Origin: a virus
Taxonomy: Duplodnaviria; Caudoviricetes
Direction: 5' to 3' (one strand)
DNA: 64,000 nucleotides
IMG/VR virus record: IMGVR_UViG_3300027566_000003
Shown here: positions 22,861-30,630 of the stretch, piece by piece
How the letters are laid out: each line of letters opens with the position of its first letter
Numbering within the stretch: the first letter of the stretch is position 1
Made by a program: the position numbers and the translations under genes
The notes under the pieces: model-generated
What the model was told of the DNA's origin: nothing
What the model saw: only the letters and a program-made list of their open reading frames with translations
Databases searched by the model: none

Positions 22861-24210
22861 TTATTGAACCTCCCATTGAGCAACAATAGATTTAAAATAG
22901 TCAGATATTTTATCCATTGTTTTTTTGTTGACATTGTTTTCAATACCAATTTTCTTCCAAATATCGTTTGTTTTGCTAAAGTCTAAAGTTTTTAATATTT
23001 TAGTCAATTGATTTTTCCAATCATCACCATATTTTTGTTTAACTAATTCACCTAAAACAACATATCCAATAAACATATTGTTTGATGAAACATATGAATT
23101 CTCTCTCGCTTCAGTTAATTTACTGTTAAAAGATTCATAATTTACACCAATACAAATATTAAAAAGTTTTATTAAAAACTCTTCTACATTTTCTGACTCT
23201 GTAATAGGTAAATTTTTTAAATCATATACATAATCAATCGTTTTTGACAAAGTGTCAAACGTAACTAGTTTATTTTCAACTTTTAGCTCTTGTTCATTTA
23301 ATCCAATGCGGTTAAACATTTCATTTTTCTTTTGCTTTTCATTAATTGATCTTGCAGTTAACATATTAATATTGCTAGAACTTTTATACTGGATGGATTC
23401 CGGTGGGATGGGTGCTGCCAAACTTTCTTGTTCAATTATTTCATTCGCTCTTTCTTCTGTAACATGATGAATATAAATACTAGTTACCCTCTGAATGTCC
23501 TTACTTTTTTCAATGCATTTTAGCATTCCCCCTGTCCGATTTGCTCCGTCAATTATGTCCACTGACGTAGATATACCATCAGGTTCAATTAATAAGGTTC
23601 TTGCTTTACTATCATATTTAAATTTCTGAATGCCTTTTATCTTGCGTATATTCCATGTTATGGCATTGGGGCAAAACGTATTATTTAACATAGAGTTGGC
23701 GATTTCAGCAACTTTATCTGGGTCAATATCAATGGATTCAATTATTTTGTTTCCACTTTTCCTTTTCTGGAGTGGTCTTTGGGTGTTTGGGTTATATGTT
23801 AATAATCCATTTCCCATATACAAACCAATATTTTGATAAGTTTCTTTTGTACACAACCATTGAGACTCGCTGATTTGGTCAACATTGTGTAACATAATAT
23901 ATTTTACTTTTTCTTCTTCGGTTTTTTGATATGAATCTGCATATGATAATTCAATATCAGTAAACCACTCATTTGGCTTGATTTTTAATTCATGTGTAAA
24001 TTCATAAAGATGTTTTACAAATAAACATAATTCATTTTCTGTGAGATATACTAATGGAGTTACTTTGGTAAATATACCAGTAGTTCTACCTCGACTAATT
24101 CCTTTTTCAATCAACTTAGAAATAACCTTTTCTTGAATCTTAGTATCAACTGAATATTCTTCGACGATTAAATCTAAAACATCTTCAAGTTTTTGACGGT
24201 CTTGCTTCAT
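22861..24210 (-). CDS. DndB/ParB-like (DGQHR-type) protein similar to SPbeta YopQ (SroE)
   Basis: YNPNTQR, PNAITWN and IIDGANRTG motifs; 449 aa; stop adjacent to the start of the next gene. Confidence 0.6.
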   Translation of the reverse strand: MKQDRQKLEDVLDLIVEEYSVDTKIQEKVISKLIEKGISRGRTTGIFTKVTPLVYLTENELCLFVKHLYEFTHELKIKPNEWFTDIELSYADSYQKTEEEKVKYIMLHNVDQISESQWLCTKETYQNIGLYMGNGLLTYNPNTQRPLQKRKSGNKIIESIDIDPDKVAEIANSMLNNTFCPNAITWNIRKIKGIQKFKYDSKARTLLIEPDGISTSVDIIDGANRTGGMLKCIEKSKDIQRVTSIYIHHVTEERANEIIEQESLAAPIPPESIQYKSSSNINMLTARSINEKQKKNEMFNRIGLNEQELKVENKLVTFDTLSKTIDYVYDLKNLPITESENVEEFLIKLFNICIGVNYESFNSKLTEARENSYVSSNNMFIGYVVLGELVKQKYGDDWKNQLTKILKTLDFSKTNDIWKKIGIENNVNKKTMDKISDYFKSIVAQWEVQ

Positions 24211-24239
24211 GTTTATTCCTCCTTGGATATTAATTTAAT

Positions 24240-24290
24240 TGATACATGTAATTTGTATCAATATGTATCAATATGTATCAATATGTATCA
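24240..24290. repeat. operator-like array: four TGTATCA at exact 10-bp period plus one inverted copy
   Basis: TGTATCA at 24254, 24264, 24274, 24284; TGATACA at 24240. Confidence 0.9.
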
Positions 24291-24297
24291 TAATTAT

Positions 24298-24326
24298 ATT
24301 ATATAATAGTATAAACAAAAAAGCAA
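24298..24326 (-). promoter_or_regulatory. sigmaA-type promoter for the yopQ/yopR-like pair
   Basis: TTGCTT-17 nt-TATAAT immediately upstream of the repeat array. Confidence 0.6.
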
Positions 24327-24427
24327 GATATAATTCACTTAAAGATATATGTTATTTGATTATGTTTGGTCTTGTTTTGTTGTGTTGTTATTGGTTGGAT
24401 GGATTTTGGTTTAAGGGTATCGTTGTC

Positions 24428-25135
24428 TTAAGGTTTTTGTTTTGAGTCTAGTAAGGGATAGATATAATTATAACCTATATTAGAAATACTTAGCAACTCT
24501 AAAAGTAAACCGAAACAACTTGATATGACAATTATTTTTATATTAAAGAGCAAGAAGATGGTCATTAATACGGCCCATATGGATAAATAATATAATGACC
24601 ATCGTTTAAATTTATGACGTTCTAATTGTTCTGCAATTGGTTTATTTGGCGTGTCTCTTGGAATATAGCGATAAACTATATATAATGTCATAACAACACA
24701 AAAAATAAATAAATACCAAATTCCTAAAAATGGCCAATATTGGAGAGTGTATTTTACTATTAGCGATGTTGTAATGAATTGAATTAAAGATATTACTGTA
24801 CATTTATTATATGTTTTAAAATGATATCCACCTGCCATTGGTCTTAAAGACATAAAAGTTAAGACTACTACAATGGCAGGTGAAAAGACTCCCAAGATTA
24901 ATGACAACAATACTAATAATAAACCTTTAAATACCGCACCAACAGGAAACATGAATGCTAGACTATATACGCTTATAAGTTCTTCAGTGGTTTTTATTTT
25001 TTTAATATTAAACTTATGAGAGAGTTGTGGAAATACCCCTGCGATCCATCCCCAAGCATATTCAATTTGATCTAATGGTACTTTCTTTACCATTTTATGA
25101 GCTAAATTATTTGATATAATTTGAATTAGATTCAT
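24428..25135 (-). CDS. agrB: accessory gene regulator B (AIP-processing membrane peptidase)
   Basis: LRPMAGGYHFKTYNKC catalytic His/Cys motif, YIPRDTPNKPI, multiple TM segments. Confidence 0.92.
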   Translation of the reverse strand: MNLIQIISNNLAHKMVKKVPLDQIEYAWGWIAGVFPQLSHKFNIKKIKTTEELISVYSLAFMFPVGAVFKGLLLVLLSLILGVFSPAIVVVLTFMSLRPMAGGYHFKTYNKCTVISLIQFITTSLIVKYTLQYWPFLGIWYLFIFCVVMTLYIVYRYIPRDTPNKPIAEQLERHKFKRWSLYYLSIWAVLMTIFLLFNIKIIVISSCFGLLLELLSISNIGYNYIYPLLDSKQKP

Positions 25136-25151
25136 TTAAACTCCTTTCAAT

Positions 25152-25943
25152 TTAGGCAAATGCTACTTGCCTCCCTGTATTATAGTTATTTTGATATTGA
25201 AATGTTTTTTGTGTTCTCTCTTTGTTAAAAGTTTCTAGAACTTCAATAGCAAACTTTTCAGGAACATCTAAAGGAATATATCCGTCTGCCTTACCAAGTC
25301 CAACGGCAACTTTCATCATTAATTCTTTCGAACATTCTGCTACTTTTTCTACTACTCCTGATCCTGAAATTAATCTTCTTTTACTGATTGTGTCTTCTAA
25401 TTCACAACAAATGATAGAATCACATCTTAAACCATGCTCCTTTCCTATAAAAACATGAGTCGGTAATGGCGGTTTACTGCCTACACGACTAGTTATTGCT
25501 AAAACCTTTGTGTTACTACTGAATAAATTACCTTTTGGATTTTGCACCACGAGCACAGGTCGATGTCCTATCACCTCTGAATCAATCCCACTGTCAGAAA
25601 AATTACAAAAATATATTCCTCCACGTTCTATTTTTATATTTCTAATTTTTTCTAAATCATTATTTGTATAATTAGAATATCCACAAGCCAAAGTCAAATC
25701 CTTAAACGAAACTCGCCCTTGAGAATTATCAGAAATTACCTTTAGAAATGTTATATCTGGGTATGTAGACATTTTAGTCTTAATTACACCCTCCATATAA
25801 TCCCCGCTAACCTTACAATCTGCTGCAAAATTATCAATTGATCTATTACCTTTTGCAAGTATAACGTAATTTGCAAGTTTCTTAAAATCTTTTTTAGCAT
25901 TTTCCTCAGTATTAGATTTCCTAGTAATTAATTTGTTAAACAT
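25152..25943 (-). CDS. XRE-like HTH domain fused to a PemK/MazF endoribonuclease
   Basis: N-terminal AKGNRSIDNFAADCKVSGDYM helix pattern; C-terminal RGGIYF...HRPVLVVQN...LAITS...LPTHV. Confidence 0.85.
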   Translation of the reverse strand: MFNKLITRKSNTEENAKKDFKKLANYVILAKGNRSIDNFAADCKVSGDYMEGVIKTKMSTYPDITFLKVISDNSQGRVSFKDLTLACGYSNYTNNDLEKIRNIKIERGGIYFCNFSDSGIDSEVIGHRPVLVVQNPKGNLFSSNTKVLAITSRVGSKPPLPTHVFIGKEHGLRCDSIICCELEDTISKRRLISGSGVVEKVAECSKELMMKVAVGLGKADGYIPLDVPEKFAIEVLETFNKERTQKTFQYQNNYNTGRQVAFA

Positions 25944-26004
25944 ATCAATACACATCCTTTTTATTTTTAGTAAGATATTTCAATATTCGGTATTTAATAA
26001 TATA

Positions 26005-26034
26005 ATTATATCTTACAATGGATATGTATGTCAA
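26005..26034 (-). promoter_or_regulatory. sigmaA-type promoter for HTH-mazF and agrB
   Basis: TTGACA-18 nt-TATAAT. Confidence 0.65.
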
Positions 26035-26072
26035 TATATATTTTATTTTTTGTCATTACATTATTTTATGAT

Positions 26073-26100
26073 TATAGGGAAGACCGTAGCCTTCCCTATA
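26073..26100. terminator. 10-bp stem hairpin just downstream of agrD
   Basis: TATAGGGAAG-ACCGTAGC-CTTCCCTATA; lacks a clear U-tract, so it may be a stabilising stem. Confidence 0.55.
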
Positions 26101-26112
26101 TGTAATATGAAC

Positions 26113-26232
26113 TTATTCGAAACATTTAAGGGTTTCTGGTTGATAACTCCACATTGCGGAAGCTAAACATAAGGAACATACTGTAGCAATTGTGATAAGA
26201 CATCCTGCAATAATAGTATATTTGTTTTTCAT
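26113..26232 (-). CDS. agrD: AgrD-type cyclic autoinducer prepeptide MKNKYTIIAGCLITIATVCSLCLASAMWSYQPETLKCFE (39 aa)
   Basis: GGAGGTG RBS, TAATG overlap with the upstream gene, hydrophobic leader, xxxWx-YQPE motif and charged tail; near agrB. Confidence 0.88.
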   Translation of the reverse strand: MKNKYTIIAGCLITIATVCSLCLASAMWSYQPETLKCFE

Positions 26233-27062
26233 TAGAATTCACCTCCTTTTTCATTAATTTTTACATCATCCATTACTATATCCTGCGTAGCAAGATTTTC
26301 GTATGTCTGGTGTATTCTTTTTTCAACTTTTAGGATATAATTAACTATTAATAATATAAATGTTATAGTAATCGTCGGGATAATAAACATCATAACTACT
26401 ATAATTAATTGTTCAAAAAACGATAAATTTATTAAAATTAAATCTATTCCTATTAGTTTAATTAAGTAAATCATTGTAATCATTATACCTATCAATAAAC
26501 TAAACATTGATCTTTTTAAGAAACTATTTTTTAGTATTATATCAAATAACTTAATTTTTACATCTTCACTTTTTTTTACTATTAAGTATGTCAATATAGA
26601 ATATTCTATTACTCTTGCTGGTAATGAACATAAAAAATTCAAAATAAAGTTGGAGTTTATGTATAAGATATTTGTTTTTGTGAGAGATAATATTAACGGG
26701 TAGTAGCATTCTAATATTGAAATAATGAAAATTCCTAATATTGTATAAAACAATGCTTTAAAGTATTTAATCTTCTCTTGAAGTAAATTATTATTTTTTA
26801 TAACAACTAATGTTAATAAATATAATACTAGTATACCAGTTATTTGGGCAATAGATTTTGAAATATTTGTTAATCTTGCAAAACTTATTATAAAAGACAT
26901 TCCAATTGCTGGTAAAGCGACCCATTTTATATTATCTTTCCACATTCTGATATCTAATAAATCATCTCTACTTATACCTATTAATACTATTGCTACAACG
27001 AACAATTCTTCTGGTAAACTTACTAAAAACATGTTTAATAAGGCATTAATTGTACTTTGCAT
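26232..27062 (-). CDS. polytopic membrane protein, AgrC-sensor-like but without a histidine kinase domain
   Basis: Several hydrophobic segments, short cytoplasmic tail, no HisKA/GHKL motifs; translationally coupled to agrD. Confidence 0.55.
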   Translation of the reverse strand: MQSTINALLNMFLVSLPEELFVVAIVLIGISRDDLLDIRMWKDNIKWVALPAIGMSFIISFARLTNISKSIAQITGILVLYLLTLVVIKNNNLLQEKIKYFKALFYTILGIFIISILECYYPLILSLTKTNILYINSNFILNFLCSLPARVIEYSILTYLIVKKSEDVKIKLFDIILKNSFLKRSMFSLLIGIMITMIYLIKLIGIDLILINLSFFEQLIIVVMMFIIPTITITFILLIVNYILKVEKRIHQTYENLATQDIVMDDVKINEKGGEF

Positions 27063-27080
27063 ATGTATCTACTCCCTATC

Positions 27081-27144
27081 TCTTATTATTTATCTTATTA
27101 TTTATCTTAGGATAATTATACCATATGCAAAGTATATAAGTCAA
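27081..27144 (-). promoter_or_regulatory. promoter for the receptor-agrD unit with downstream direct repeats
   Basis: TTGACT-18 nt-TGgTATAAT; TCTTATTATTTA twice plus TCTTAGGATAA at 27081-27115. Confidence 0.65.
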
Positions 27145-27153
27145 TAAATAATT

Positions 27154-27717
27154 TTATATTTTGTTTATTATATGTATTTGGTTGGACGCTTTTATGGAAT
27201 TGTAAGTAATTATAAATACAAACGATCTGAATATTAAATCCCCTGGCGACATACAACACCATCCGAAATCCCACACATCACAAAGCGGTATCATTTTTGT
27301 AAATTCATCTCCCATTATATGATAGTCTCCATACGGTAATGCTTTAACAAACATATCATGTTTTGCATATCCAGTTGCCCATGAGTTAGAAAAAAATACT
27401 GGCATTTTCCCTGAATTAGCTCTTATTGCAATTGTATTAAGTATACTACCTATCCAAACAAGAGGAATAAAACAAAAATATAACTTCATTTTATTATAAG
27501 ATATCGCCAATAATAAGAAACAACTTAAATAAACAGTTTTAAATAAATATGTATATTTAACTAAAGAATAATCACCTTGCCAAATTGTCGATTCAAGATA
27601 AATGTATAGAAGCACCATAAACATAACAGGGTAAATACTCCATTTTTTAAAAATAGGAAGTATTTTATAGTTATTCCATTTGGCAACTAAAAAAGATAAG
27701 AAAACAGTTTCAATCAT
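27154..27717 (-). CDS. DUF5317-like membrane protein
   Basis: GSILNTIAIRANSGKMPV and LCD...SPGDLI motifs. Confidence 0.7.
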   Translation of the reverse strand: MIETVFLSFLVAKWNNYKILPIFKKWSIYPVMFMVLLYIYLESTIWQGDYSLVKYTYLFKTVYLSCFLLLAISYNKMKLYFCFIPLVWIGSILNTIAIRANSGKMPVFFSNSWATGYAKHDMFVKALPYGDYHIMGDEFTKMIPLCDVWDFGWCCMSPGDLIFRSFVFIITYNSIKASNQIHIINKI

Positions 27718-27764
27718 TCTATATTATTTTCTCCTTTATTATTTATTATTTTATTTATGTATTA

Positions 27765-29381
27765 TTACGGAGGTTCATCATCTTTTTTAATCATATTCTC
27801 ATAGTCTACCAAATACATCCATCTATAACCTTTTGCAAACTCACGAACTTTATTAGTATCTGATCTTATCCTCTTGGTCAAACAACTACTAATTGCAGAG
27901 TTATTCGCAAGACCTAAATCTTTTGTTGCATCTCTCACAGAATTATATTGTTTAACAAATTTATAATCCTTAGATAAACAAATAATTTTTATAGTTCCTG
28001 TTTGATGATAATCATCTGGTTTAATTAAGATATTGTTCCAAATTGAATAACTTATAGCACCTTTAGTTGCTCCTACATATTCAGCAACTTCATCAAAATT
28101 ATAACCATTATCTAATAATCTTTGTGCTTCTTCTACGTCCCAATCTCTTCTTGTATTTTTACTATCATCAATATATTCTGGCATTTCTTTAATATATGGG
28201 AAAAACATCTGTATTGCTTCCAAAGGAGAATAATCTCTGTGGTCTAAATCTATGTAATTATATTTATTATCTATTGCAAATTGCTTTTTAAGTTTATCTC
28301 GCGCCATATGTATTTCATCATCATGATATTCGCTTTGACATTCTATTAATAGATTTAATCTTGGAACATAAATATCATATTTGCTTACACCATTTTTATC
28401 TGTTCTAAATCCTATATCATATTCCCATTTTGTATCATGATCTTCATGCTTAAATACTTGTTTAAGCGTTGTTGCCATTCTAGACTCTACTTTTTCTCTT
28501 ACACATTCAGGACATCCAAAATTACAATTTTTTGCACTATATATTATTTGTGGATAATCTTCATGTTTACACTCTTTACATTTCCACCAAACTTTTGTAC
28601 TGCTTCCTGGGGTATATTCATATGGAGATTTATTATTTTTATCAGACCAAATTTCTATTGTTTGAGGATATAAATATCCTAAACTATCATATTTATGTAC
28701 TTTTACACGCGAATTACAATACCCACACCTCCCTCCACTAATAAATTCTCCGCAAAGAATATCATAACTCCCATGGTAATCTTTTTCTTGGCATTTAATC
28801 CAAACTTTTCTATTAGTATATTTAGTGTATTTAAAAGGGTCAATTGTATTTTTATCATAGTCCCAATATAATTCTAACGCAGTAACACCAAACGAATCTA
28901 TTAAAAATTGTCCAAAACTATCTTTAGGATGTACAGAATTTTGTCCTTTACAATAACTACATCTATTACCTCTTATAAAATCCGAACCACTAATTTGATA
29001 ACTTCCATGATAGTTTTTCTTTCTACAAAAGATATAAAATTTTTTGTAATTATTATAATTAATTTTCCAAGGATCAATGCCTAATTCATTATTCTTCTCA
29101 TAATCCCAATATTCTTTAAGAAAATCTTCTCCTAAATTATCTATCCCCCATTCTGCGAATGTATAACACAATCCACAACTACTTTTAGATTTTCTATTTA
29201 TAATACCAGAAGGACTGACTAACCAATCCTTGCCGCACGTACAAGTATGTAGTATTTTAGTATTAGCACCAATATATTCAACTCCTTCTTTTAACTTTAT
29301 ATTTGTATCATATTTTAAATTATATTCTTCTAATTCTTGTTTATATTGTTCTGTTGTCTTCTTATTAGTTTTCTTAGTCAA
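27765..29381 (-). CDS. free-standing homing-endonuclease-like protein (repeated zinc ribbons, PD-(D/E)xK-like nuclease, C-terminal NUMOD1-like domain)
   Basis: Repeated KVWxKC...H...C..C units, YDIYVPRLNLLIECQSEYH, KQYNSVRDATKDLG. Confidence 0.7.
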   Translation of the reverse strand: MTKKTNKKTTEQYKQELEEYNLKYDTNIKLKEGVEYIGANTKILHTCTCGKDWLVSPSGIINRKSKSSCGLCYTFAEWGIDNLGEDFLKEYWDYEKNNELGIDPWKINYNNYKKFYIFCRKKNYHGSYQISGSDFIRGNRCSYCKGQNSVHPKDSFGQFLIDSFGVTALELYWDYDKNTIDPFKYTKYTNRKVWIKCQEKDYHGSYDILCGEFISGGRCGYCNSRVKVHKYDSLGYLYPQTIEIWSDKNNKSPYEYTPGSSTKVWWKCKECKHEDYPQIIYSAKNCNFGCPECVREKVESRMATTLKQVFKHEDHDTKWEYDIGFRTDKNGVSKYDIYVPRLNLLIECQSEYHDDEIHMARDKLKKQFAIDNKYNYIDLDHRDYSPLEAIQMFFPYIKEMPEYIDDSKNTRRDWDVEEAQRLLDNGYNFDEVAEYVGATKGAISYSIWNNILIKPDDYHQTGTIKIICLSKDYKFVKQYNSVRDATKDLGLANNSAISSCLTKRIRSDTNKVREFAKGYRWMYLVDYENMIKKDDEPP

Positions 29382-29412
29382 TATTTAATTTATTTCCTCC
29401 TCTTTATTTTTA

Positions 29413-29820
29413 TTATGCATAAACTACACCATTTTTATTTCTTAATTCTACCAATCCAAACTGTATACCGATTCCTCTATCAATTCTTAACATAGTTTCC
29501 TCATCGCATTGTCCTATTTTTTCTTCAATCAAATCTCTCGTGACTGGCATGGACTGTTCGCAGAGAGCAATAGAATCCATTTTTAGGCCAGAATTTCTAC
29601 TGATGGGTATATGAGTAGGTAATTTTGATTTTGTGGTCACAGAAGTTAAAGGACATATATGTAGTACATTGGAATATTGATTACAGGCGTTGTTGCTAAT
29701 TATCACTACGGGACGCTTAAATTGTTGGATAGATCCATTACTGTTGGGAAGATTTGCAATATAGATATCGCCCCTCTTAATCTCTTTTTGAGCTTGAACA
29801 TTATTTATTGTTTGTTTCAT
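29413..29820 (-). CDS. PemK/MazF-family endoribonuclease
   Basis: KRGDIYIANL...KRPVVIISN...ICPLTS...KLPTHI; no MazE-like gene adjacent. Confidence 0.9.
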   Translation of the reverse strand: MKQTINNVQAQKEIKRGDIYIANLPNSNGSIQQFKRPVVIISNNACNQYSNVLHICPLTSVTTKSKLPTHIPISRNSGLKMDSIALCEQSMPVTRDLIEEKIGQCDEETMLRIDRGIGIQFGLVELRNKNGVVYA

Positions 29821-29954
29821 AATACTAATCACTCCTTTTTATTTTCTTATGATTAGTATTATGACCAATAATTTGTCCAATATACCTATTATTTTATAAA
29901 AATTTTATTTATATTGTATAACTATTACTTGCAATCAAAATTACATTCTAATTA

Positions 29955-30347
29955 TTACCACCATAAACTATCCAAACACAAAGCAAACAAACTAACTACA
30001 TCATCAGCTTTCTCTTTTTGCGCATCTGTCATTTTGTATTCATCGATAGTTAAATAAATCTTTAAACCATCTAACATCCTATCAATACATTCTTGAAATG
30101 TAATTGTTTTCCCTTTGAACTCGTATTTATGAAAAGACGTATCAATACTATTTACTTCATTATACATAGATAATCTTTCATATAACCATAATTTAAATGT
30201 AAAATCCATCGACCAAGTTTCCTTTTCATCAAAACCATATATTTCTCTTTCTTTCGACCATTTCTCCTGTCTAGGATCATCTTTATTCCAACCTTGATGA
30301 GTATTATCCTCTTTTATACCGATGTCTTTAAGATATTTGCCTAACAT
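29955..30347 (-). CDS. hypothetical phage protein
   Basis: ORF with RBS. Confidence 0.65.
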   Translation of the reverse strand: MLGKYLKDIGIKEDNTHQGWNKDDPRQEKWSKEREIYGFDEKETWSMDFTFKLWLYERLSMYNEVNSIDTSFHKYEFKGKTITFQECIDRMLDGLKIYLTIDEYKMTDAQKEKADDVVSLFALCLDSLWW

Positions 30348-30411
30348 TTAATTATCATCCTTAAATATTAAATCCTTTAAAAAACTTGTTTGCTAGGATT
30401 GTTTAAATAAT

Positions 30412-30607
30412 TTACAATAATCTTCCCATACATTCATTGCAAGTATTTTCTATATATTTAACAATTTCACTATATGTCTCAAAACTTATTTTCTTGTTCT
30501 TCTCACAATTCTTACACTTATTAAGCGATCCTAATATAAAATTTACCTGTAATAATACACGTAATTTTATATATTCCCATTCTATCTTCAGTATTTTTAT
30601 ATGGCAT
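30412..30607 (-). pseudogene. GIY-YIG endonuclease remnant with a +1 frameshift at 30532
   Basis: GIYKITCIITGKFYI; the conserved GS follows only in the +1 frame. Confidence 0.55.
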
Positions 30608-30630
30608 GTTTCTCCTTTACTATTTATATT

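Noticed and set aside
24254-24290. CRISPR array
   Set aside because: 10-bp tandem units without unique spacers; no CRISPR array or cas gene was seen in the window
24239-24445. 68-aa plus-strand ORF as an AimX-like product
   Set aside because: Its N-terminus is produced by the 10-bp repeats and it has no RBS; an antisense RNA here cannot be excluded
24428-29820. Complete canonical agrBDCA two-component system
   Set aside because: No histidine kinase domain and no LytTR/receiver regulator found in the window
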